Origin: Patellaria atrata CBS 101060
Taxonomy: Eukaryota
Assembly (NCBI GenBank): GCA_010093705.1
Contig: MU006097.1
Location: forward strand, 321,905-385,904
Direction of reading: 5' to 3'
DNA: 64,000 nucleotides
The notes under the pieces were generated by a model. The model did not search any database, was not told the origin of the DNA, and was given only the letters and a program-made list of their open reading frames with translations. Made by a program: the position numbers and the translations under genes. This document shows positions 1-12,144 of the stretch, piece after piece; position 1 is the stretch's first letter, and every line of letters begins with the position of its first letter.

Positions 1-700
1 TTCCCACTGCTACACTACTACATGTCGAGATTGCTGTGAGGATGGAACGTATGTTAATGCACGTTTGGAGAGATCGCCCGCATGCTGTAGCGCAGAGATT
101 GTGCACATGCATATCGGGCCAATATCAGCGCTACATGTCCTTGTGAACCATCTGGACCGCTGCAATAAGACATAGAGCCTGTTCAGAATCTGTTTTGAGT
201 TATTGTTGAGTTACAATAGGGGTTTCGTACCAAAAAAAAAAGTCCCCTGGGTACGAAAGCCCTTTCCTTCCGCATCATCTATTAAAGTCTTCGATTCTAG
301 GTTAGAGATCTTGTCATCTGATGCAAGGTCAATGTTAGATTAGAGTCTACGTCAGGAATAATGTGGCCTCGAAGGTCAAGTTGAAGAGCAAGCAGCAATT
401 TTTCCCGAGGCTTGGCATCTCGCTAGCTTTATCTACCTCACCCTCCACTGTTTGTTAACATCTTCTCACTTGTCTGTAGATTCTGACTTTTGACATTCAA
501 AAACAACGCTCCAGAATCTGATTATTACAACGCGTCGTTGGACAAACTTTGGAACTGAATAGCAGCAATACATCTGTGTGAGACCACGACTACTTTTTTC
601 CTTGATTTCATCCACCTAGTAAAAGTATTTTGTACCGTTTCTTAGCTCCAGCACCTTCTCGAAAAATTGGACAGCTTGTTTGCATCACTTCAGAATCACA

Positions 701-2565
701 ATGGGCGATACTGCTTCATTACTTCAAGCTCACCGTGCCGACCCGAACACAATGGACCCAGAAACATTCGCAGCGTTGGCAAACTCCAGCAATAATGTCC
801 AGCAAGAATCGCTTGACGTGATGCTGGGAAATATGCAGATTCAAAATGACAAACCCGAGGATTCTGGCGTATCATCTAAGGAAGAATTCTCAGATGAAAC
901 TAGTGAAATGAAAGCCTTGGAGAAAATGCTCGAAGATCTTCTAGAACGTGGTAACACCCTGCTCGAAGAGATGAAGAAGTTCTCCTCTCTTTTGACAAAG
1001 GGGAAGAACACGTTGGTCAGTCGTTACATTCATGATGGTGTCAAGAAGGAGATCGAATCAATAGAGATGGTATAAAACGCTTTCATTTTTCTCTTCTGCT
1101 TGAATTACTCCTCATATTCCCAATTCCTGACAATCAATCCTCTTGACGTATCTCTATCACCACTAGAAAATAATCTTTCATATCTAATACTAGTTTCTAG
1201 GTGGGACAAGTATACATGCAGAAACCGGGAGTACAACAACGTCTCGAGTCAACCAATCTTCCCTTTCACGAGGCTGTATGGGAGACTGCCAAGCGTTGTG
1301 AAGGTGTCATCGCGCTGAACAAGGCTGTCCATGCTGATCCAACTCTTGGTTGGCATTCGACGTAAGTCATTAGGAATACCCCTTACTAAGTTCCCTATCT
1401 AACTTTTACTAGATATTTGACGTATCAGACACAACGTGATCGCGAGGGACGGAAGAAGATGACGATGATCCAGAAGCCATCGGAGAAACCGAAACAAGTG
1501 CACATAGACATCGTCGCTAGGAACGGACTAGAGTGGATCAAAGTATCCACCGTCACCGAAAAACGGTTACTATTCGAAATGGCCAAATTGGGCTGGAGGA
1601 ACGGCGAGGATTCGGATACCGAAACGCCAGAAGAAGAAGAGGACAAATTATCCCTCGTCAAGACCGCCGAAGATTGCTGTGTACGGGCAAAGGCGATACG
1701 AATCAACTATCGCAACCCCACTGTCCGTTTCGTCTTCACGAGGCTCCAACGAGGCCATACCGATGAGATCGACGACGTATTGGCCAAAATTGCGGCCACC
1801 GGCGCCATCGTACAGTGCGCCAACGAAATGTCCTCGCCGCCTACCTTCGAGGAGGCTCTGCCACGCATGCTGACGGCCGAATTCACCTCCTTCTCCCCCG
1901 TCCTCAACATCGACTGCACAATCCTCCTTGCCCTGGTCTCGGACGTCTCGCACCGTCCCGGCATCGAGGCCCCCTGGGTCAACAGCGCAGTCAAGAAGCA
2001 GATCGACGCAGAGAGGGGGGAATCCCTCCTCTCCACGCTGCTGTACCCAGCGCTGACCGGCCGCCCGCTGGTCTGCACCGCCTCGGCCGCGCAGCGCATG
2101 CGCGAGATCGTGCAGACCATCGGCCTCGACGATGAGCGCAGGCGTACCGAGATCCTGATGGGGTACGTCGATGCACCGTCCCCGGCGCAGCTCCGCGAGG
2201 AGTTTGCGAAGCTGTCCCAACACCCCGTCCCCGACGCCCTCCGGCTCCCCATCCAGGTCATGCAGGGCGCCGCGTTCCAGGTCGTGCCCGCCGGCTTGCC
2301 GGCCCACCTGTACGAGCCCGTGCGCAGGGGCATGACGGCGCTGAATCTGTCCGTCTTCGCGTACGGCTGGGCCACCGGCTGTACGACGATCACGTCGAAC
2401 GGGACGGTGGCGAAGAAGATCAGGGAGCGGGTCGAGATGAACCGGCGCCGGCATGAGGAACGCGGGCCTGATGTATGGGTCTGTCCTGTGTCGAGGTCGT
2501 TGGTCGGTAAGATGAAGAATAAGACCTTGCCACAGTACCGTGAGTATGCGGGCCATTATTATTGA
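701..2565 (+). CDS. DUF1308 (C7orf25-like) domain protein, 3 exons
   Basis: ATG at 701, GT donor at 1070. The middle exon reads STNLPFHEAVWETAKRCEGVIAL. The last exon has IDIVARNGLEWIKVST, LNIDCTILLALVSDVSH and TTITSN, motifs I recognise from this family. Confidence 0.8.
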
Positions 2566-2997
2566 TGGCTTGGATGTTGTGTCGTGCGCACCATATGGGA
2601 GAGGCTGTAATGTACATATTACTTTGTATCACCTAAGGTGGTAGCTTTAGATACGGATACTAATCCATCCAATGAGTGATTATGTATGCAGCATCAAATG
2701 GGAAAGAGACCAAAACGAACAATCAAGACTTTGATAACATCTAGTCACTTAATGTTGCGTGAGGGCTGTGACGTTTTGCACATTTACACCAATTTCCAAA
2801 ACAGATATGTTGCGTGAGGGCGATTAGAGTGAGTTTCCACGTATCCACCACAATCTGGAAAACAACGTTATCAAATCAGGAAGACTGTAAATCACTGAGT
2901 AGCGATAAGAGATGAAATGGAATGGAAGGTATAACAGTCCCTATTCAAATACCGCTTCTACCTAAAACGCGAGGTGCTCAAAACACCTTCATCCCTG

Positions 2998-4776
2998 TCA
3001 CTGCGCAGAGACAACAGACAGACGATGTTGCATGACAGCATCCTCGTGGGTCGGGGGTCCGGCATAGTTGCGTTTACCCCAGACAAAGTACCAAGTTGCG
3101 GAGATGAGGATGAAAGCCACGAACACGACTGAGGCGTAGTTCATTGTATCAGCGGCCACTGGGAGGTACGATGGCATGCAGAAGAGGGGGATGGCTAACA
3201 GACTCCAACCTAGAAGAGCATTAGTTATGATTACCAAGGGATTTTTGAAAGACGTACAGATAGCGACTACGTTGGCGACGGTGCCTATAATTCCAAGATA
3301 GAAGTCACCTTCCCTAACATGGGTACGACCGCGAATCAGCGAGATGAAAATCGGAATGGCGTAGCTGGTTGTCAAGCAGATGACTCCAACGCCGGAGAAG
3401 GCATTGAAAGCAGCTGCGGAGCCGAAGTAGATGACGCCTAGAATGATCTGAACGACCATGCTGAGCATCATGGCGTTAAGGGGTACGTCGAGCCTCCTGT
3501 TTACCACTTTCCACCATTTCGAACCAGGAATCGCGCCATCGCGTGCGAAGGCCCAGGTACAGCGAGATGCTGCTGTTGTACAACCAGTTCCGCAGATGAT
3601 GGAAAGAACTAGGAGAGGGATAAGGAGGGCAAATGCACCTCCTGAACTGCCCACGGCTGAGAGCAAAATGGTAGGTAATGGCTGTCCTGAAGCTAAAGCA
3701 GCAAGATCTGTCAAGTTCGGGATGACAAAGACTAGGGGGATTAAGAATAGCAGGCCACAGATTGTATTAAGAACAATAGTCCCAACCATAGCTTTGGGTA
3801 CCTGTGTTGATGGCTGACGCACTTCCTCGCACATGCTGGTCCCTAGTCAGTAAATGTTTCAAATATGAAGAAAAAGATGATCCGTACGAGATGATCATTC
3901 CCGTGGAAGAAGTTGCATAAGCTGCTTGAAGCAGACCGACACAGAAGGACCAGCCCGGTACCCAGCCGGACTGAGGCTCAAAATGAGTGAATACGTATTC
4001 GGCATCATGTCGCCCATTCTTTGCGAGAACAAGAATAGTTATTACCATGGCAATGACGCCTGCAAAGGTCCAGAATATGGCAAATGTCTAAATTCTCGCA
4101 CAGTCAATATTAGGTTTATGGGTTGAGCTGCTCTGAACTGTTTACGTACGTCCAAGTAAGGTAGCCATCTATTTCCAAGAGCCGAGATAGCGTTACAAAG
4201 TAAGGTAATAGCCAAGAAAATGAGGAAAATATGGTAGTCCTTCGCATCAAAGATACCAACGCCAGGCTCGCTTTCGAAGACATTTATACAGGCGACGAGG
4301 AAGAGAGTGGTTCCAAAGTTGACGGCTAGGGTAATGGTAATGTTTCCTACGACGTACGACCAGCCACAGATCCAGGACGCGATTCTTCTATAAGTCGGCG
4401 CAGACAGCATGAACGTCTGATAATAGACGCCTCCAGCTGTCGGATACACAGACGTAATCTCCCCCAGAGAAGCTGCCACGCAGAGAATGATTATGGACAC
4501 GCCGAACCAGCCCCAGATGATATTTACAGGCCCACCGCCAACCAGTGGGTAGAAGAATGTTGTCGCGAGACCGTATGGGACAGATGCGAGGATGAAGGAC
4601 ATGAACGCGACCTGGAATGTCGAACGGTTCCTGGATAGCTCTGGCTCGTAGCCCATGGCAGCCAAAAGGCCATCAGCTGAGGTTTGCTCTCCATGAGCAA
4701 AGTCGTTCTCTACAGAGCGACGCCGCAAGTCGCCCTTCTTGTCGCCGTAGCCAAAGCCTTCGTCGCGAGGATTCAT
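2998..4776 (-). CDS. APC-superfamily amino acid/choline/GABA/polyamine permease, about 4 exons
   Basis: Three ORF pieces joined by GT-AG introns. Motifs MGYEPELSRNRS, SLGEITSVYPTAGGVY, MCEEVRQPSTQVPKAM, SRCTWAFARDGAIPGS and MNYASVVF; many TM segments. Confidence 0.92.
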
Positions 4777-6048
4777 GGTGGTCGCACTGGAGGAGGAACT
4801 GAATGTTTAGGTGAAGAAAAGGAAGAGAGGCTCTCGAGAACGACGAAAGAAAACATGTTGTGGCAGGTCGGGGACACCGTCCCCAGGGTGTTGGCTTTGC
4901 TTGGGGGTGGTGCGCGATAATGCAGGCCGCCAATCCTCTAGCTTCCGCTAAATCTCACCAATTTGCCATCGGGTGGGGGATGGATCGAAGCTATGATGGT
5001 ATTGCAAATCGCCTTCTTACCTCTCTGAACATTTTGTTTTGAAGTCGACTTAACCTCCGATATGATATAGGAGGAGAAAGTTGGTAAGAGGTGCTTGGAA
5101 GGGAGCCGAAATGTCGTCAACTGCCATGCTTCAAGGACCCCTCAAGTTCCTCAAGTCAGTTAGCGTGTCGTGATATCATGCGGGCTAAATCTAAAAAGCT
5201 TCGATCACTGATCCCGGCGAATTGGTAACAGCTGCAGTCATAGAACTCTAGAACCCGCCGTAGGCTCAGAGATATAGAGAGAGAGAGTCTCCTTTTGATT
5301 TCACTGCTTGAAAGAACTAAGTCATATTGAGGACCCATATCTGTACATCACGAAGTCGTTCTCAGCTGAGACGAGGCAATTTCAGCTCCACTTCTCGTTG
5401 CCACGGCTGACTAGGACTATGCCGGTCTTCATTTTCAGTGCGTGCCGACCTACCCTTTCGGGCACCCGGTCCCGTACCGTGCGATGCCCAAAGCTTTCGG
5501 GCCCTCATCGTAGAACTACTTAGGTAGAGGAAGGTCGTAAAAGCTCTTCTTATTTCTGAGGTCCTCAGCTTGATGTCTCCGTATACTCAAGAGACTCATA
5601 TGCCTAAATTCTGGTCTGGGAAATGCGAGAGCTAAGGTTTGTTGTACCGGATAAGTAGATAGCAGTCTAAGCGGAGGGAGTACTGAAAATAAAGACGCGA
5701 GGAGCAAGTGTGATAGCAATGGGCGCCATTAACATAAGAGAGCCATATGGAACATAGATATATTCGTATTGTTTCTATGGTTAAATGATCTCTGTCTTTG
5801 CTGGCCGCATAACCGTTTCCTCAAACAGTTCCACGTGTCCAGCTTAAGCACAAAATGCTGCTCAGGGCGGAACTGTATGAATAGTAGTTGATTTGTACCT
5901 ATTTTGCTTTGCTTGGTGTAATTGCAGGAGTCCGCGTCCTATAGGATAATATGCAAGCGACTTTCCTCCTTTTATGTATAATGCACCTAGACGTATAGTC
6001 CCTAGGTCTTAGGGATTCTTATCAGGACGCCCTTTTACTCTCCTTCTC

Positions 6049-7625
6049 TTACAACACTCTGCCTCCTTCCGCGCCGGGAAACTTCTTCTCTAATGCCTTA
6101 GCCAATGACTGTCCTTCCAATGTCAAATCACCCCACGCCGGACATGCTAAGTTGATCAAGGGGAGCCTCAGTGCATCCGTCAACATCGATAACGGCTTCG
6201 CTAGCGTTGTAAATATGGTCGCCAGGGAGTTTGGACTGACAGTCTTGACCACCTGCAATATAAAACACATCAGATTATTCCCCTTTAGCAGATTTTGCGC
6301 ATTCAATAAACCACCGGTGAGATCTCCCAAATTGACGCCGGTAAAAGAGTTCACGGTGCCCATGTTCCCGCCAATAGAGCCGAGGACGGGATACGCGGCG
6401 ACAAGGGCTAGGAGCTCTACATTAAAGTCTACGAGGGTCCAATCAGTGGTCCGCCGATACCAGTTCGCGGGGATCTGCTCGTGGCCTTCACGATATTCTA
6501 GCGCCCCGTTAGATTTGTCGTAGACGGCATAGAAGCTCTTAACGGTGCGGGCATCGAGTACACCCGACGTAGTAGAAAAATTTCGCATAAGCTGGCCAGA
6601 GAAGAACGTCCCCGCGTTGCGAGCGATCATACCGGTGAATGGGCCGTAGTAGAAGTTAGGGTTAGTGGCAACAGACTGGTCGAAGCGCATTTTGTTGAGT
6701 GAAAATAGGGAAGACATTGGGTAAGACCCGGAAGCATCGGTAGGGACGGCGAGCCATTGCTTGAAAAGGGTCATGTCGAGACGATAGTTGTCACCTGTAA
6801 GGTACAAGTCTTGACGTGTGGTAGAAGCGTCAGATTCGATAAAGTTGTGCGAAGCTATCAGACCTTGCGGTTCTCCTTCAAGATTGATCAGATATCCCGT
6901 CTTTCTGGAATTTGAACTTGTGAGAACTAACCAAGAAGTCCCAGAAGATTACCGAGAAGATTTTGAACTTTTCTTGTCTGGCCGCCAATCGAAAACCCTG
7001 GGTTGAGAGAGAGCGGATTTCCTGCCCAGACGGTACCCATTACGGCGAGAATCGTTGCCAGATCAACACCCATTCCATATACTGTATTTTAATTAGCTAG
7101 AGTCCTGTATGGTCCCGTAAACTGTGTTCTGAGATCTCTTACCCTGATTTATAGCAGATATAGCCTGAGCCATCTGTTGCGAGAAATTAACACTTGGTCT
7201 ACTAGATAGCACTAATATTACTTACAGAGACTACCCCATTACGTGGGATGTATCCATGGTTTGCCAACGCGTTAAGACCCGGACATGGTCCTCTTTGGTC
7301 CCCAGCTTTGAAGTCTGGTGCCTTAAACGCATGTTTTCCTGTCACTTTGGCATTTGTCAGTATTGGTGGATGATGACACTCGCTAAGGTTATCTCTAACC
7401 GTCAATCGGCTTTCTGTTTCCGATGGCCCTCTTCTCGTGCACTCTCTCGTGTGGCTCGTGTAATTGGTTTCCAGTTGTAAAATCATGGCCGTATGGACAT
7501 CTTTTCGTTGCAGGAATTGCACGATGTTCTTTTCCAGCTTCAGACTTCTCTAATGATGGTAAAGCATTCGCGATGGCTAGGATACTGAGAGTGATGAGGA
7601 GAAGGAGAGACGTGCAAAATCTCAT
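6049..7625 (-). CDS. Secreted heme-thiolate peroxidase / peroxygenase-like protein (chloroperoxidase family, long type), multi-exon
   Basis: Signal peptide MRFCTSLLLLITLSILAIANA; proximal Cys motif DQRGPCPGLNALANHGYIPRNG; SHNFIESDASTTRQD (E-x-D motif); RFDQSVATNPNF; GHEQIPANWYRR. Confidence 0.92.
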
Positions 7626-9252
7626 GATGAAGGAATGACTATAAAGGAGTGTAGCAACAGTAAACGAAAGTCGATATCACTCAAAAATCATCCGACCAAG
7701 CAGATATCTAGTCCAGCAAGACAGGAAAGAAACGGCCAGCCATCAACAGGTTAGAAAGACAGAACGAAGATCAGCTCCTAGGGCTCCAACGTTCTTCGTG
7801 AGGTTGTGCCGTTGCGAGAATTGCGGGAGAGTCAGGTTTCAGAGCTATCATCTCCAAAGATCGAAAATATCTCCACTTTCCCGTACCTAACGAACGGATC
7901 ATCATAATAAGATCTACATATTAGTTGTCCCTAATGGAGTGACTAATTCCCTATGAAATAACTGGATTCCTACTGGTCAGGAAGTCTTCCCACGGTTCCC
8001 CTAGTTTCTATGAACTAGACAAACATTTTATCCGGAAAAGGAATTCAATCCTGATTTTTAAACTTGTTTCAGACTTTTCGCTGATTCTCCCTGGGTCATG
8101 CTTGAACAGATGAACTGCGCTGAAAGAAAGGTCGGTCACTTCTGACAGCTAAGAACCAGGGTCGAATGTGATGAATTGTGCAGAAAGAAATGCGGAGAAT
8201 TTCCTAGCCAGGAGTAGAAAAAGCGTTTGCTGAATCAGACAGTCATGACAGTTTCCACACATGTTGTGGCTGCAGAGGCGTAAACCGTTTCCCATGACCG
8301 TTGGTTGACACCTGGATTGAGACAGCTGCACTGTCCACTCTGCGATCAGCTTATAGGCAATCCTGGCTTTCGACCCGCTGTCTAAATCTTCTCCTTAAAT
8401 CCTCGATCCTTTAAGCGACTTCCTAGATGCAAAGTGACTGAGAATCTTGGGTTCCTGAGATTTTTGAGTTGTTGGTCAATTGAACGAAGGAACATCTAGA
8501 TTTTTCCGGCGCCGCTCCATCGAAGACGATGATAGGAGCATCGATAACAAAACTGACAGCAGAAGCCGTGGGATGCGAAACCCGAGAAACAAGTCCTGTT
8601 CTTTTCGGCAATTGTTGATAGCCCAGCAGTTCAACTCATCCATGATCCCTCACAAATAATAACTCTCTGGGCTCCACTACCAGGGGCTAGTACCTGAAAA
8701 TCCCCCAACCTAACGTTATACACTGTAAGCTTGTATGAAATAGGAGAGGATCACCCGTCATCAGTGCGGGCCTGGCAAACCATATCGTCGTGGCTTTTCT
8801 CTGAAATTTCTCTTTATGCTTTTCTCTGCTTCCCCACCTAGTTCTATGATGGATGGGGTCTTGTCATATCAAAGCGTAAGAATGGCCCACCAATTGTGTG
8901 GAAAATGACCGCCAATCTGCCAATCGATATCAGATAATATGATCCCGGGCCCCTACCCATAATCCATAATCTTACCTCTAAATTCACAAGGCGTGGATAT
9001 TCAGGCATCTTTTCGCGATAATCGCATAAAATCGAGAATCTGGGCATATCAGTTGGATTGGCATTGACACAATCCTATCAAACAAAAGCCTGGATTGAAA
9101 ATCCTGTTTGCGGAGGGGATTCGGAGTGAAGCAACCTTTTGAAGGTCTTAAAGGATAAAGTCTCTTTAAGTACCGTCTTTAATTTTTTACCTTGTCGTGG
9201 AGGGTTGGTTGCCGTTGCCACACCTGAAAGAGGAAGAGGAAACGATAGAAGC

Positions 9253-10887
9253 ATGAAGTTCAAGTCTTTTTTCTTCGTAGCTTTTGCCATATGCGCGAGG
9301 GTTGCAGCTCAAAGCGAGGCTGCATCGTTATATCCGCCGTGCGCTGTGAGTTATATTACCTTAGGCTCTACGTATCTGTACTGTCGCGTCAGTTTCGTGG
9401 TCTATCAAATGCTAATCCTTAGTAGTTAGGATGTATCGTAGAATCGGTCCCGAAGTCTTCATGCTCGTTGACGAACCAAACATGTATCTGTACGAATGCG
9501 CCGTTAACAGTTATGATCGGTAGCTGCGTCAAAGCGAATTGTACAATTAGGGAAGCTTTGAGTTAGTTACTTGGGCTCATTTCCAAAGTTTCCATATGCT
9601 AAGAATCATAGCAACCCAAAATGCGAGTGCTACCGTCTGTGGAGCTCCCATCCGCGATCACACGAAGCTCGTATCTTATCCAGGTGTCATTGGCGGGGTC
9701 CTCGCCCTCATAGCTGTTATATTGCGATTGTGCGCGAGGATTCCAGCAGGAGGTGGAGGTTTCGGCTTAGATGACTGGACTATTTGCGTGGTAATGGTAA
9801 GAAAACCTTCCTTTAGCCCCTTGTGCTCATGGTACTCATATAAACGTGCAGGCAATTACAATTCCCTTCTCCGGATTCTCAATCCTGTTGGCAGACTCCG
9901 GTCTAGGAAAGGATATCTGGACGATACCGTTCGATAAGATCACACATATCCTTTATGTAAGCCATCTGTTCAGAGCCTTTTATCCCTATTGACTTTAGTA
10001 GATCTATTTCTGGGACGAGCTTATGTACCTGACAATATTACCATTGACGAAAATATCAATTCTTTTCTTTTATCTCCGCATATTCCCAAACAAAAGTTTT
10101 CGCAAATGGGTGTGGGTTACCATGGCAGCATGCATTGGTTATAACATTGCATTCGTGCTGGTATCAGTCTGGCAGTGTCGCCCTATCGACTATGCATGGA
10201 CTCATTGGGATAAAGAACACCAAGGTACCTGCAACAATATCAATGCTCAGGGATGGACCAGTGCAGCGATCAACATGATCCTTGACGTCATAGTCATCAT
10301 TCTACCTCTACCGTCCCTTTCGAAGTTGGAGCTCTCCCGAAAACGCAAGATTATGATCTTGCTCATGTTTAGCGTGGGATTCTTGTAAGTGGATGTCAGT
10401 GATCGTTAGGTGGGTTTTGCTGACTCGACCCGTTTCTAGTGTTACAATCGTAAGTATTCTCCGATTGAGAACTATTCTGCGATTCGGAGATTCGGAGAAC
10501 GTGACTTGGGACTACGTTGCCCTGGGATACTGGTCCACAATAGAGATCCATGTTGGAATCATTTGTGCCTGTATGCCTGCACTACGTAGCTTCTTCAAGC
10601 ACATCTGGCCGAGGGTGTTCAAAGTTACAGAGAACCGTTCAACGAAACAAACCCCGTCTCCTTTCGTTTCCACTACGCCTTCGAATGGAGGCATGGGAGA
10701 CACGAAGCAAAGGGGCTCCTTTTCGCAGAATAAGAGCAAGGATCGGGATTCCTTCGTACGGTTGGTTGATTTAGAGAGAGGGACTGGTAAAGAGCTCGGC
10801 AAGCCAGACGAAGTTACTATCCACGAGGTGGAATCAAACGGATTTGAGTTCAACTTTTCTCGGAATAGAGCTCGAGATGAGCGATAA
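9253..10887 (+). CDS. CFEM-domain PTH11-like integral membrane protein (fungal rhodopsin-like GPCR family), multi-exon
   Basis: Signal peptide MKFKSFFFVAFAICARVAA. Spliced 8-Cys CFEM domain (PPCA..CIVESVPKSSCSLTNQTCICTN...C...C...C). Motifs FGLDDW, GLGKDIW, KISILFFYLRIF and WSTIEIHVGIICACMPALR. Confidence 0.92.
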
Positions 10888-12144
10888 CACGTTTACATAA
10901 ACTTGAAATCCAAGAAGCGTATACAATTATGATTCATGTACATATATGCTAACGAGAAACAGGGGTAGTTTCGAAAGGAAAGGATATCATAATGCAACCA
11001 TCTGATCGGTATTAGACTGACGTAAACGGTAAGAATGGTCCTGGTCTAGAGAACTCACTCACGGAGCCTATATTCAACAAACTGGAACCGTTTTTGAGGG
11101 ACTACTACCACATTTCAACACTAATAGATAGTCAATTTCTAGGACTATTAATAAGTCGAACTGCTTTCGATATCATGCCAGCTGGAGTCCAAATATTGAG
11201 CAGTACCATAACTGGATACTATATTCTCTTCATGGTGCTCTTTATCGTTGCTTGAAAATCAACCTGGTGTAACTCATCGACATTCATTCTGAATACGAAA
11301 GACTAACAGGGCCCCGGAGGTCTTTCATCCCGTTAGACATCCTTTGATTCTGAAACAGGATGCAGGCATGACAGTTAGGGTTTAGGGGAAGAGGTTTTGA
11401 AACATTCGTACAGAGAGACGGGAGGTGGCATGTGGGAGGTTGGGATTTAGTTTTCGGGCCGTACAAACTAGGAGCATATACGAGGTTAGTTTAGGTTAGG
11501 TTACGATAGGTAAATAGCGCACAAACCACTCGGCCCAGTTCAAATCCCCAACAGGAAGATCATCACACTCCCCTGACTGAGCTTTCCTCGAAACCATTCG
11601 ATCATTTTGAAGGGAGTTTGAAGGGAGTTGTGGCTTTCAATCTAAAGCAGGTCAGAATTATCCCCATGTCTTTAAATGATCAATTTAATTTCCCGCTACC
11701 GCCCCATGTAGCCACGCTGCGCTCCCACAGCTTTTGAGGAGAAGCCAGAGAACAGTTGGGGCCTCGATCCCTCGAAATTTTGAAGAGAAGAGGAGAAAGA
11801 GCAAGGATGCAAGGATTTTACTCCCTTCGGCCCATAAACCGTCGAACTTGATCACTCCCGGCATCAAAAAGAGCACTTGAAGTCGAACATCTTCTCTGTT
11901 TCCGGCACGAGATTGCTTGTCATGACTGAGTAAACATCGTGAGATCTGCATCTGCACGGCTTCCCACCACCTCAAAACCTGCAGGAAGCTTTGCAAATGC
12001 GATGCACGTAATTTTCCGCACCGTTGGGGCAAACCTCAGTCTTTAAGCCGGTACTTCCTTTCGTACCGTCTCCTTTCGTGAGGCAATTTCGTGTGCTTTA
12101 TTGTCACTCGTTTGTTCTTGTATTGCTTTGGTTCGGTTGTCATA

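Noticed and set aside
1648..2556. Long antisense ORFs over GC-rich genes (also over GMC, GDA1, RRB1 and others)
   Set aside because: They are shadows of codon bias on the opposite strand of well-supported genes and carry no motifs of their own.
11374..11503. Telomere-like GTTAGGGTTTAGGGG and GGTTAGTTTAGGTTAGGTT
   Set aside because: Only 2-4 imperfect units; too short to call an interstitial telomere or element end.
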